The notes under the pieces were generated by a model. The model searched no databases and was not told the origin of the DNA. It saw only the letters and a list, made by a program, of their open reading frames with translations. From Octopus vulgaris (Eukaryota): DNA of 64,000 nucleotides. The position numbers were made by a program, and so were the translations under genes. Positions 42,129 through 56,591 of the stretch are shown piece by piece. The first letter of the stretch is position 1. Each line of letters begins with the position of its first letter. The stretch is from NCBI GenBank assembly GCA_951406725.2, contig OX597816.1:92380001-92444000 (forward strand), given 5' to 3'.

Positions 42129-43028
42129 ACTATACTAAGTATATTTTCAGCATGATGTGTGGTACGCATTGACATACTTAGAATAACAACATTTGGTTTA
42201 GTAAAAATATAGAGAGAGATCATTGTTTATTTGTGCATCAAAGGAAATGAAAAGAGTTCTGTTTTCTTGATTTTCCAATGTGACAGAGATATTTATAGCT
42301 TTATCAAAAACCTCTAAAGTTGCTCTATATAAACTAGATAGCAGCCATACTAGGATTCTGGATCTTTCTATGATATGGAAAGAAGCACTGAATACAGCCT
42401 AGTTTCAGGCAAACATCTGAAACTGGGAAAGAATATACACTGAATAGATTTGTTTACGCTTCGAAAGCAATAGAAAACCGAACACTTTAATTACGTTGAA
42501 GAATATTAGAAGTGAAGTGAAATAGTTATGCATTTATTCATCCGTATGCTAAATGATTATTGGAGAAGTTCTTGAAAAATTGTGTATTCAGTATTAAATT
42601 GCACTTTGAAGATTTACATCTATTTCTACCCTCATTTTGAGAAGAAAAATCTGGTGAAAAGAAAGGATAATTGAAGGAAATATACTGCATTGTTAGCTAT
42701 GATATAGGAGAGAGGCATATATTTAGCTAGTTATATGCTAATGGTTATAAAATAAAAAGAACTATCAATCTATGAAAACTAAGAAGATACATGTTGTTTC
42801 ATATAGTTATATATATACTAGTTAGTTAATAAAAAAGGTGGTACCGACAAGCACTTATATTAAAAGGTAAATATCGCATGGTATATATCACATCCATTCA
42901 AATCTGTAGGATTAACGCTGAATTTAACTGTTACAAACACCATTCGATGAATCCGTTGCGGGACTAATCACATGAAACCTCCTGCTATAGAACTAATATT
43001 ATTTACTATAAGTCCCATATTAACATCA

Positions 43029-44771
43029 TAGTCCATGAGCCACGTCAGCTAGCGGTACCATCTGGGGTTAATACACCTAAGTGGTATTAAAATATTTACA
43101 GGGTCACTATTAGTGTAAAAAATGTGATAGCGTTTTCAGCTCGGTAGCTTTGTTCTTTTTTTTTTCGCAGATTTATGAAATTTCACCAATACTCATACTG
43201 AAGTACTTCTGCGCATGATGAATGCAACACATGGGACATCGTTCACACTTCTAGCAGAAATTAGAATGGCCAGAACAAGCTCCTTGTATACTCAAACAGT
43301 CTTGTCAAAAAACACCACAGACTGGATCAGGAGCTGTGAAAATTAAAGACAATTCTGTCTGGGGATCCTCAGATAAAGAAACAAGATCTCAGTCAAACAT
43401 GGCTACCAAGCACCGAGCAAAAGGTCATTCCCGACACTGTTACCAAATTTCTCTATTACTTGCTGACTGGGGAAAACGTGACCCCCAGAAAGTATCAAGC
43501 GTCTTGCTACTTCTTTTGTAAGTGACCTAGTGCTTGCTTTTATCTGTTGCAAGGCAAAGCTGAGGATACTGGTGTTCCGATTTTGTACTTGGGATTCTGG
43601 AGAAAAATCTCGTCCTCCCTGTACCAGAAATATGGTACAAAGAACAGAAAACGCTTCCTTGACATTACGATGCTTTGATTAGCATGCATGCCTTCACAAG
43701 CTGTGATACAGTCCGTACCTTTGCTGACCGTGGAAAGCTGATAGCGTTCAAACCGATGAAATTTAACAAGACCTTCCAAAAAGTCGTCAGTGAACTGAGG
43801 CGGTCTTGGGATGTTTCTTCTGAACTGTTTCAAAAGCTACAGATGATAACCTGCCAAATGTACATGCCTTCTGCTTCAACAACTGAAATAAATAAACTTC
43901 GATGCCAGCTCTTTTGCGCTAGGCGTGGAGAAATTGAGTCGAGTCAACTACCTCCATGTGAGAACTACCTGTTCATGCATGCCCTTCGTGCAAACTTCTA
44001 AGCAGTCATCTGAAGATGTCTACAGATCCAACCCTTTCTTTCAAGCCCCATCGACTTTGCTTAGATGCGCAGCTCACCTGCACTGGATGTTGTTCTTCAG
44101 CTTTTGTCCTGCAAATATGTGCGTTCCTGCAAACTACCAGCATGCAGCTGGCTCAGCAATGGCTTGAGGTGTACATACATGTGCAAGCTACGAATATGTG
44201 ACAACGAAGCTCCTGAATTCGGCGACAGAGAGCCAGAATTAAAACGGATAGATTCTGAGGATGAGCACGATCATTAGCTTCATGGTATGCTGAGTACTCA
44301 TGTCAGATTCAGAACGTGGCTGACCTGCAACTGCTATACTACCAGAAAATCTTTGTTGAGTTGAAAACAATTGATACAATCTTTCCTATGGGCATGGCTT
44401 GTGTGTACATGAGAAAACTGGACAGTCTTGATGCGTCATGTTTAGTTTTATGTTCAAGACATATCATTCATATGAAATATGCAATTCAGTTTTATATTAA
44501 GTATAAACACATATTCATTAAATTCTGATCTGTGGATCATTTCTTTGCCCTTGCAACAGTCAAAATAAGAGATGTCTGTGAAATATTTGTATGCGGTTTC
44601 TTATGGACGGTATGTCTATTTAAATGATAATTACTACTAAGCTAACATTCTGACAAGTCTATCATATATAAACATGAACTAGAGACATATAGCAAGTTTA
44701 AAATTATCATAAGAATTATTCTCCCCATGTGGTACCGATGCAGAAATTTTGGGGTCTGGGCTGGAGGACTA
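43029..44771 (+). mobile_element. Academ-like (XPG-nuclease type) DNA transposon, internally deleted
   Basis: Termini TAGTCC.../...GGACTA with subterminal inverted CGGTACCA...GGGG motifs; ORF remnants HAFTSCDTVRTF..RGK (XPG/H3TH-like), LPPCENYLFMHALRANF and a C-terminal Cys cluster (LSCK..RSCKLPACS.LSNGLRCTYMCKL..CDN); flanks TCA/TGA. Confidence 0.7.
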
Positions 44772-45029
44772 TGAGTTTATAACTAACGTTGTGCTGCTGC
44801 TCAATATCCAGTCACCGAACGTTGTAGCTTACTGCTTTCAGAATGTGATACTGTGAAAATTAATGCTCGAAACATTCATGAATCGCAGTAATGTTAGAAG
44901 TAATGACTCACGAGCGAGTACTTACTTCTAACATACGTCTTTACTAAACAACAAAATGACTTATTTTTCATTACCCTCTTGATAAAGACTATATTCGATA
45001 AATAGTCACAATATTTTTATTCCTTAAGC

Positions 45030-45240
45030 CAGTGATTCTCAATCGAGGTCCAAATGACTCTTAGGGGTCCATGTTAGATTTTGACTTTTGACATTAAATT
45101 TATGTGCAATAAACCGGTTTCACTTCTTCAATACACGAAATATATTAAGCGTTTTTTATACAATTCGTAATGGTATATAATTATAAAAATATGATTACAA
45201 ATTGTATAGAATATCTGGGGGGAGAGGGGTTAAACAAAAG
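45030..45240. mobile_element. hAT-like MITE left-end remnant
   Basis: CAGTGATTCTCAATCGAGGTCC...GGGGTCCATG resembles the start of the 1090 element; right end not found. Confidence 0.35.
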
Positions 45241-46218
45241 CAATAATTGAATATTAAAGCATCATTTTTGTGTCCTTGATCACAAGATTAAACTAAAATG
45301 TCTGTTATACATTTAAAGTGAGGTCTATGTTTATGCATTCCATCTTACATAACTGTTTGGATAGAACTTTACAATTAGATATTCTGGGAAGCATCATTTC
45401 CCTAAACTATTCTGAATGTATAAATGACGTAAAAATATTTATTCGACAAAGAATGTTTAAAGTTCACATTTGCAAACTTGTCGTCACCCGTTGCTGTTCA
45501 CTGCTTCCACAACACAGGCGGTATTTACATTAATATAAAGACCTGCTTAGCATGGAAGTGACATTGATATGGCCAAATCTAATGTGATAAAAGAAATCTA
45601 ATTTAAGCAAAGTGATAGTATCTAAACAATTTTAAGCAATACTCTATGTGACGAACATTATTGATACGCACTATTACATTCTGCAAGTATTTTCATTACA
45701 TAGTTTAAAATAGAACTATATATTTCTCTGTTTAAATGTTGCAGACTTTTCTTGCACTATTACAATGTTCCTTTGTATAGTATCTCGAAACAAAGAGAAA
45801 ACTTCATACTAATTAAACTCATTTCTTTAAGAATATTTTATAAAAGAACCTCTTGTAATGTTTGGTGCTTCTTTCTTTAAAGAAAATATTTTTCAAAAAA
45901 CAACTATTAACTATTCCCATATGGTCAATCGGCCTCATCATTTCACTAAATCAATTGTAAGTATATATACTGACAGATTGATTTAGCCGAACAAAGAGCG
46001 ATTGACAAGTCACTGCTTATGAGATCATGATTAACAGGCGAAACTAGTCTAGTCCAGTGACCTCTAGAGTCGTTGTGCGCGCCATACAGCATTATGAAGG
46101 TCAAACTCTTATTTATTACAATATTCGTGCTTCGCCTCCCTCAGTCACAATTAGCAACGATAGAAATCTTCCTTTTTGGCTTTATATTGCGCCTAGCTGT
46201 TTGTACTACACACACAAA

Positions 46219-46273
<55 letters not shown>

Positions 46274-46339
46274 ACACACATATATATATACACACATATT
46301 TACACACACACACACATATATATATACACTTATACATAT

Positions 46340-46530
46340 GATTGATCACTAGCCACTAAACCTTTTTCTAATTTTCTCTCTCTGCTTATTTGTGTGTTCG
46401 CTTCTGTTGAAGAGCGTAGACTTGAAACGTAAAAGACTCTTTCTTCCCGAGCGTTAAACTAATTCATCTGTTTGTTGTTTACACATCCGTCTTGTCTTTT
46501 GTCTTGTTTTTCTTTTGTAAATTCCAACTA
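46340..46530 (+). mobile_element. family B short element, copy 3 (hammerhead-like motif degenerate, 46400-46436)
   Basis: CTT-CTGTTGA-A-GAGC gtag ACTT-GAAA-CGTA-AAAGA plus shared tail; flanked by (CA)/(TA) tracts. Confidence 0.6.
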
Positions 46531-49500
46531 TATATATATACACACACAGACACATATATATATTACACATACACGCATACACGCATATATATGCGTATGT
46601 GTAATTAATATATATATATATATATATATGTATCTCTGTGTGTCTTTGTGTACAACATATATATATATATGAGAGGATGAGTAAATTTTTTTTTGTAGTT
46701 GTAGCTTTAATTAATAGTTCAAACAAATTACATATGAAGAGCGTATAATTGACAAAACATTTCCCATCTGTTGCTATCGTTGTGCCAGAAGCTTACTTCT
46801 ACGTTTAAACAATTCGGCTTGTTTAGAGGTTAAAGTACCCCTGCACCCGTGCTCAACCTCATCCACATTGTTGTATCTCTATCCCATGCAAGAAATCAGC
46901 CATGACTCGGAAGAAGTAGTAATCTAATGGTACAAGTTCTGGAATGTAGGCATAGTGAGCAGCACTTCCAGTTCCTTAAGTTCCTGAAGTTTTTACTTCA
47001 TTACATTGGCATTGCGTGCTGAAGAACTGCTATGTTTAAGAGTGCGCAATTTCGATTGACCAATGCTGGACAGCTGGCTCCTAAAACATCACGTATTCGC
47101 TGCAGTTATTAAGTATAAAAGTTAACGTTCACAGCACGACAATAAATTATTCCGTAAGGGGAATATAAAGCGTTGTACCGTTGAAACAGCTATGATGTTC
47201 TGTTGTTCTGACGAGCTAGCTTTTTTTGTTTGCCTTAATTCGTGAATAGACAATTGTATTGTATAATATTGAAAATACATGTTTGCATTAACATGTACAT
47301 GTTTTTGAACAAGAAATTCAGACTACAGGAAAAAGTTTATAAAACGCTTTTATCATATGGAAGTCATATGGGTAAATAAATGTGTGTGCATGTGTGTACG
47401 TGTGAATATTTGTGTGTTTCTGTATGTGTGTGTGTGTGTGTGTGTGTGTATGCGTGTAAGTGCGTGCGCATTTGTGTGTGTGTGTGTGTGTGTGTGATTT
47501 CGTGTGTGTGTGTCTGTGTGTGTGTTCTACACAGTTCGACAGTGGCTGTCAAGTTTCGGTTCAGTTGCGACCAGACTGTCGAACATGGACAGCTGAGCCG
47601 AAATTGTTGAGTCACTATAAGACATTTCTTAATAATTATGAGACCCTACTTATATGTCTCGAGTTTTCCTTCAAATAATGTGTGACTGTTTCATTATAAA
47701 TAACATACACACACGATCCTGTACATCGTGAGCCAAAATTGAAACATTTACTTTACCTGTACTCCATATTTAAATTCGGCGTATTTAAATTCAAGTGACT
47801 GAAAATGTGAATTAAGAAAGCCAAATTTTATATTAGACATCACATATATATTTCTTATGCAATAATATTGTATTTAACTCTATATCAAACAATATCAAAC
47901 AAATAGAACAAGATATCTGGGGAACAACATACATTAAGAAGTCAGTTCAGGTGAATTATAGAAGCTATGGTGAAGAGACGAGCTGAATGTACATATAGAT
48001 TCTGAATATAAAACGCTTGCTCTGAGGATCTATAAGAACTGACTAGTTTGCTACAGTTATACATTTGCAAACTTTGTCTTACCCGGAAAACTCCCAAATG
48101 TAGCAGCAAAAACAGACAATATTTCTTTATTTCATCAGCATAGAATATATCTATGTTAAATAACATGGCTTTTATTTCTCTTTAGTAGAACGTGATTTGG
48201 TATCTGAAAAATATTCGAGAATAATATCATCAAATTACTTGGTAAATTCAGAATAACATTTTCAATTCAGAAATTTACGGAAATAGATATATATTTGTAC
48301 CAGTCAGAATTACATTATACATAATATGTAGTTACTCATAACTGCTTGCAGGTGTATATGCATTAAAATAGTGCTGCATTTATAATAAAATTATTTCGTA
48401 TCTTTTCGATCATCATCAATTTATCCTCATATTTACAGAGTAATATAAGAAATTTCAACAATATCTCTAATGATGTAGCTAACTGCATTCACTTTCTCTG
48501 AATGCAAATGTTAGGCCTCATAGTGAAGGGTCATTGCTGAAAGTTTTCTTCACTTTTCTCCTTTGCACCTGATCGAAATATGTTCTAATTGCAGACTAAT
48601 TGAAGCCTATAACAAGCGGTGCGTAATGGCATAGCTATTTATCTGAACAAATAGCGAGTATTCAATAGAAGTCGGAAGTATTTTTTTATCTGTGGGATTT
48701 ATATCTGTATAGTTTTCGATCAGCTTTAATTTGGTTAGCTGTTGCTTTATTCGGTAGTCTCGATCAAGTTTTTTCCTCGTCTTTGATGTTTGGTTTCACA
48801 TGAAAGCTTTTCACAAACAAGTATTTTAAGTGTAACATTTATGCATCTAATGCAATCACTGTTATATGGCACTGCTATTAATGGTTTCTATGATACAATT
48901 AAGTTGAATATAAAGTGTGAACCAAGTGAATTATTGCGTTTATAAAGGATTAGTTCGTTAGTTATATAATATGCAAAAACATAACAAGTTAACTTTAAGG
49001 ATTGTGGTTTTTCATTTTGTGAAAAGCATAAATTTGTTTGTTGATACTTAAGATTGCAATTTACATAAAAGGTAAGCTTACAAAGATGCTAAAATTTTTA
49101 TTAGTATACCACTATAAAATGCATTAAAAAATATTATAAATGTCCAAAAGTCTCAGAAAAACAAAAGAAGTATAAACAGATTAAAAAAATATAATTACGT
49201 AGTGAGGAAGTAAGAGCAAAAGGTCCAGTGTTTGGGACAGAAGAATTTTGCAAGGCTCATATGTAAAGAAGGAAAAGATAGGAGAAATAGTTTTAAGTGC
49301 AAAGCGCACGCAGGAGGACGGAAGAAAAACTGAAGTGGAAGGGTGAAGGAGTGTGTTCGAATTGTGTTTTGAGGCTATATGAGTGAAGAATGAGATAGAA
49401 GGCAAAAATAGTAAAATGTGGAAGTGAATATGCAAGTTATGTGTGTTCCTAGGTGAATGTGAATAGGTGCCTAGGGAATTGTGTATGTGTGTGTGCGTGT

Positions 49501-50639
49501 GATTTTTTCTCGTGTGACTGTGTGCGGATGTTTACGCTCTGACGAGTAGAATAAGTAGTCGTCAATTAAGATATCAGTGTCATTATATCTGACTATGCAC
49601 TTCTAGTGTGTCTTTTATTAATTTAATATTCAGCCTTGCTATGCTTATTGAACATGTCTAACTACATGCATATTTGAACATGTGAGAGCATACATGATTG
49701 CTGTTTGTGTATGTGCAAATGTTGGAGAGGGTTTCTGGGGACTATTAGTGTGTGATGGAGTTGAGAGGAAAGGAAGAACTTTGGTAACTGTTCAGTGCCT
49801 TATCAAACATTCAATTTCCTTCCAGCTATCCTGTTTGTTGCAAGTAATTCTTCTTCGCTGACATAAAGTCACCCATGTTTTCCTCTTCCTTCAATTCTTC
49901 AGCTACCAGACTTACTGCATGCAACCCAAATTCATCTGCTTCTTCACATGTTTCTGTTTCACACCTCTAAGATTTTTCCACATTGATTATCAAGTCCCTT
50001 TATATTGCATTCTCTCCGACGATGGTCTCTTAACAATAAAATAGCTCCTTGATCTTTGGAATTCACTTGATCACTGCAACCCAGCAATCTCTCTACCTCA
50101 CTAAACTATTCCTTATCCTCAGCTGCACCTCCTTTTCAAATACCTCTATTAGTAACTTACTGAGTCGGCAATGGGCACGAGGATGAAATATTCTATGTTG
50201 ATCTGTCAGTCATATTGAGTCCCAAGTCTTCTCCCAGTTCATTAAACCTAAAGTATTGGTATCACCTGTGTTACATTAAGAAGGTTTATTGCTATCAGCT
50301 GCGTTATCAACTAAGTGAGTGACTTTTATTTGGATGCGTTATAATATGTTGCTGTTAGTAGAAGTATAGTGTATGATAAACTAAACTTGACCTACACCAG
50401 AATTACTCATCTGAGGAAATCTAAAGCCGCAAGATGAGATATAGATGGAACCTGTCGGCAGATAGTTGAGATAGCAATGGCGTTACTGATGTAGAGAGGA
50501 AATGAATATATTTTTCTTGATGTTACCAATCTCACGTTTCACATCTTCCGCTGCAGCGTTGTGGAAACATGAAAACGTTTGTTGAGTTTGGTATTGCATC
50601 AGGGAAGTTAAGGGACAATTCTGGAACGGTTTAGCTCTC

Positions 50640-51230
50640 TCGGATGCATCTCAAATGTTTTCAGTTATCCCAGTTACCTCTTTGTATAGAGTATAGGATG
50701 AATCACATTGCCGACAAGACGAATTAGTGTTAGCTTGAAGTATTACAGCGTGCTAGCGGTAGGGGTGTTGTAATGTATGCGGATATATGGTGTACGGAAT
50801 TTATTAGTCAGTGGTTGTACGATCTGATGGATGTAAAGCGGTGATATTTTATTAAAGCTTACATTAGGCGGTAAGGAAGAGAGCTATTGTACTTGGAGAG
50901 ATAGATACGAGTGATTATTAACATTTAGAGAATATTCAGTATGGTAAATGGTTCAGCTTCTGTAACAGCAGAGGTGATGCACGAAAAGCATGTGAATCAC
51001 TGAGGACATTAGTTTTGGAGGAGAGTGATGTGAGATAAATGGTTTTCATGCAGGATGTGAGAGAGTAGTAGTAATGGTAGTAGTATAGCTGATGGAGGTT
51101 AGAGGACTTTTGTGATCCGTAGAGACAACTTTGTTACTGATGTCTAAGTGAGGGAAGCTTGAAAGGAGAAGGATGGTTTCACATACGTGTTGCCATCACC
51201 TTTCAAGAGAAAAGTTGGAATTTAGAGAGT
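50640..51230 (-). mobile_element. possible highly degraded Penelope-like RT/GIY-YIG remnant
   Basis: Minus strand FPHLDIS...STDHKSP...SY...SHP (51156-51052) loosely fits the PLE LPFLD...KPT...YL...S.HP motif; CRQC downstream (~50715). Weak. Confidence 0.25.
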
Positions 51231-51868
51231 AGCTTAGATATTAGCAATGGGTTGCAGAAAAACAAATTGCCACATAATTGAATACGATGATTAATTAACG
51301 TATTGATAATGTGCAATGGGAAGGGACCAGATCCGACGCAAATCAAGAGGTGTTTCGATATTGAGAAAACGTATTCTCTATTTCTTCTTGTATGAAGATT
51401 ATTTGACTAGATTTCATTCTCCTATGATTTTCATGCTTATATAGCTTATAGGGAAAAGAGGAAAAAGTACGATTTATAAGTTGTAAGTAATCTGTAAATA
51501 GTCCAAAAGAATATCAATGGCTGGCAGTATACCTCTCAAAATTCGTTCTTCATCTTGGGTAAGTCCTGAAATGGGTGAGAAAAGGATGTGTTGAGGGAAA
51601 CATATATAAAGTGAATTGTTCAGATGAGAAATTTGAATGAGAAAATATGATAATAACTCTAATGTCGCTTTGTGAAATGAATTTCAGAATGCCGGTCTGA
51701 AATGGCTTCTATGAAATCCTGTGTAAGTATTAGTCGGTTCAAATTCACATTATGAACTTTTACATTTTCTGGCTCAAATCTGACGGTAGTTTTGTCTCTT
51801 TGAGACTTCTTTTAATCCTCCTTTTAATGCAAAAGTTAAATATAATATTGTATCGTGACTTTTTAAAA

Positions 51869-52086
51869 ATTCTTTTATTCTTTTACTTATTTCACATATT
51901 TGACTGCGGCTATGCTGGTGAACCGCTTATAGTCGAACAAATTGAGTCCAGGATTTATTCTTTGTTTGCCTGGTACTTATTCTATCGGTCTCTTTTGCCG
52001 AACCGCCAAGTTACGGGGACGTAAAAATCCCAACACCGGTTGTGAAGCGATGGTGGGGGACAAACATACACATATGTATATGTATA

Positions 52087-52139
<53 letters not shown>

Positions 52140-52309
52140 GATGGGCTTCTTTCAGTTTCTGTCTACCAAATCCACTCACAAAGCTTTCGTCAGCCCGAGG
52201 GTCCGAGGCTATAGTTAAAGACACTTGGCCAAGGTGTCACGCAGTGGAATTGAACCCAGAACCATGTGGGTGGGAAGCTAGCTTCTTACCACACAGCCAC
52301 TCCTGCGCC
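51869..52309 (-). mobile_element. full-length tRNA-derived SINE with internal (TA)n tract
   Basis: Head GGCGCAGGAGTGGCTGTGTGGTAAGAAGC...GGGTTCAATTCCACTGCGTG; internal (TA)n 52075-52136; AAAGAAT-type tail. Confidence 0.8.
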
Positions 52310-55300
52310 CAGAGGAATTTTTTTGAAATATATTCCGTTTCGTAATGAGAGGTTCATTACTAATGTATTTTTGAAAGGTTAAGTAAAGAATTAGTATAAA
52401 ACTAACTTTGTATTTCTGTGAAAATAGAATTACATGTTTCTGGCATTTTCTTATTCTCAAATAAAAAAAAGAAAACATTCGAAAGAAGTTAATATATTTC
52501 GTCTTAATTATTCGAATATTTAATTGCTTACTTCCTCAGTTTATCATTATGTTGATAGTTCAAACACGTTTTTAAAACTAACGATTAAAATTATGTATAA
52601 CCTTGCCACGAACCGAAGAATTTCGCGTTGTGCTGTGGTTGTACTCAGTCTAACTGTAAACACATTTGGTTGCTTTATATCATATTTCTGCCTACAATGT
52701 TCAAAGAAAGCATTTTATCAGGTTTATCAGTAATATAGTAAGAACTATTGCAATATTTCATAGTAACTGTACTTCAAAGGAGATAGAAAAGCCAGGTAAT
52801 CAGTTCTCGTGATTAAACTTTATTGAATAAGCGAACAGTTGGTTATATTAATCTTTAAAATGCTGAAATCTACGCTTTACCATTGCTTTCAGAAGGGTAA
52901 CATGGGAACGTAGTCCTATCTACTTGCTTCTAATTGGTATTTTCATATCAAATTCTTTATGAAACACAGCACTGGAAACGAAAACACTGACAACGATCCA
53001 AAATTTGTATTGGAATCAGATAAATGAACGATGTCTTTTAAACTTTATATAAAAATAGGTTTTAATGTCATCACATCACGTAACTGATACACACGAATTC
53101 CGATAGAATTAAAGAGTAGTTTTGCCAAGATATATCAACATGTAATTAGAGACAATAAATGCAATGCTAAAGCCAAACGTGAAACATTGAATCTTATTTA
53201 TGTTAGCTTCTCTTTACATGACATCCAAAATCTACGAAAAACATCTCAAAATATCTAAATGAATATAAACTATGAAAACAAATATGTCAGAACGAGTTGA
53301 TAAAAAATGTATTGAGAAAAAAAGTAAACGTTTCACATAAATCTGTGATGTAATGTGGAACCTTAAAAGAAAAATTAAATTATTCTGCTTTCACCTGAAG
53401 TTTTGTCGGTTTCACGCATCATAGAGACACACCCACGTCGACACACCTAGGAATGTTTCTCTTGCTTTGTCCTAATTAAATTCTTTGAGAAGCAGTAAAT
53501 GTGTATATGTTTCAATTTAATCCTTTCATGTGTACGCTCATTACAGCAATCTGAACGTCAAGGAGATCGTTACATTTTTAATGGTACACTCATTAAAAAT
53601 ATGCAACTGTATTTGCTTAAGATCTGCCATACCTCTCTACCTATTTCTGTCTTTGCTCACTGTCTTTTATTATAATGTGTAAGCATTTTATCTGCGCATG
53701 TGCAAGATTTCTCGATTCGACTGTACTTTTGAGAAAGAAATCGAAAAGCAGTGCATATATGTTTTATAAAAAAAAAACGTACAACCATACCGACGCATGC
53801 ACGTACACATACACACACACGAACACACACACATACAAACACATATTTGCCTGGAAGTTCAAGGAATATATATAAATATATTTACGTGTGTGTGTATGCG
53901 TGTATGTGGGGGCGTGTATGTGTGCGTTTGTGAATGTGAGTATATGAGTATGTGCTTGTGTGTAATATGTGTACACACTTCTGGAGAACCCTAAAACTTT
54001 AAAACGCAAAACAAAATAAATTAGTAGTAGAACAAAAGGAAATCATGCCTTACTATTTTACAAAATATCTTTCATCTGTATTCATTTGACTTGTCTAAAA
54101 TAGTTTATTGGATGCATATTGGTTATATTTAACCGAAAAATAGCATCCACCCGAGCGTTGCATATGTTATTATCGACTCAATACTTCGCTTCCTGTTCTT
54201 CTACCTTTTGGCCAGAATACCATCAGTCTATTGTTTTTCGAGACATATCGATCGTTCCTACATTTAGAAACTTCTGCATTGAAACGAAACGGGGAATAGA
54301 TGGAGGTGGAGGAACTATAGTAATACAAAGAAAAAAAATGAAAGATGAAAGTCAAAATGAACTTTTTGCTCTGACAATCAACTTAATAGAAACTGATCAT
54401 ACCGCATATTTGTTTGTTTTAATTAACGACGATACCAAGTAATCGTGCTATTCAAATTTTGAAAATTTATTCTACTTTTTAATACTTTTCACGATTCTTC
54501 TAATACTTTGTATGATTTTTTTCCTAATATGTATGATTTTTCAACTTTCTATGATATTTTTTTCTTTTCAAAGACATGAATTATTTCTGAATTGGTCCTA
54601 TTGTTACCGTTCTGTTAAATAGGTAACTGATTTTCTGACATGATGTTTGAGATTTATTTGTATTTTCGTAGTGTACTTTAAATGTAAGAACGTTTCGGTT
54701 ATTCTTTTCATAAATTAGATGGTGTTTTAGAACATTTAAATGATTTAAATATTCGTAAATAATGTACTGGAATATTCTCCATATTACTTTTTAAAAACTG
54801 TATCACATAATTTTCATTCATATTTCCAGAACTTTATATTTGGAAATTTGGAATTAAATTACGCATTTGATATTTATAACAATATGTATTAGTTTATTTG
54901 AATTGATTTTCAACATGTTTTTCATTAGTGGTAAATAGCAACTCACTTATGGAAAATTTCCTTATGTTTTCAAAAATAAAATGTTAGGAACAAATATTTA
55001 GTTTAGAAAAGAGAATTATACTGCATGCAAAAAAACTCAGTTTGTCATATTTTCTTTGATATTCACATCCCTTCTTTCAATGAGCACAATTTATACATAA
55101 ATGCATGCATACATACATACATACATGCATATAAAGTATTAGAGGGCAACAGCAGTATTAACAGGAAGAGTAACCGCTTTAAGACCTGCGATACCTACTA
55201 AACACCTGATAAACAAAAAGGGCAATGATACCAGCAAATCTCCACATACATTCATACATACATGCATACATACCTACCTACATACATACATACATGCATA

Positions 55301-55382
55301 CATACATACATACATACATGCATACATACATACATACATACATACATACATACATACATACATAATGATGTATATATATATG

Positions 55383-55433
<51 letters not shown>

Positions 55434-55579
55434 TTGAAAAAAGATCTATGAACTAAAATTTCTATTATTAAAAGTTAAAAAATTTATGCATTAAACTGAT
55501 TAGAACTATGATAACTATCAGAACTATTCTTTTTTCTTATTTCAAATATATCTAACTGTACCAAGCATGTCACACATTT

Positions 55580-55633
<54 letters not shown>

Positions 55634-55733
55634 TTATCTATCTTATATGTATATTCAATATGTCCCAGTTTGTATTTTTTTACATATACATATATATAGT
55701 GGCGCCCCTACCCTTTTGGTCTTATATGTAAGA

Positions 55734-55797
<64 letters not shown>

Positions 55798-55830
55798 GGT
55801 TATATCTCTTATATGTATATTGAATATATA

Positions 55831-55874
<44 letters not shown>

Positions 55875-56422
55875 ACACACATATATATATATATATTTCT
55901 ATATGTATGCATAATATATGTACACAGAGATTTCCATGTTAGAGCTATATATATTCAGATATCGTGATTTTCGCGCTCCTGTCATTAAGAGAAAGACAAA
56001 ATATTCTCACTAACGGTTTGCTGAAATTATTAACTTGTTTCGAAGTCATAAATCACGTAGATATTATAATATGAAAAATGAGGTTAAAAAATACTTGTAC
56101 AATTTATTTCCAAAATAGAATTATTTTGACAGACATAAAATGAATTAGTTTGTATCCGCTAAGTCTTGGTTCGTGCATAAACATTAAAAAGGTAGAGGAA
56201 ATGAATTCAGTAGAGCTCAAATCAGTTTTGAGATGTGTTTGGCCAGTGCAACTTACACTTATTGTAATATAATACTAAAAAACAAAAAAAAAAAAAATCC
56301 ACTTATTCGTATTTCACTCGATATGAAGATCTGACATTTAAGAAAATATTTTCAAGAACTTAAGAATTATATACGGAATGATTTCGCTTTAATTCTGGAA
56401 GGAAACGAATTTAAGAATCTGC

Positions 56423-56523
56423 TATAGTAGAAGACACTTGCTCAAGTTATCACGCAGTGGAACTGAAGCCGGAACCATGTGGCTGGTAAGCAAGCTACTT
56501 ACCACACAGCCACTCCTGCGCCT
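56423..56523 (-). mobile_element. SINE head fragment (same family as 51869-52309)
   Basis: GAAGACACTTG...ACCACACAGCCACTCCTGCGCC match. Confidence 0.75.
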
Positions 56524-56531
56524 ATATATAC

Positions 56532-56591
<60 letters not shown>

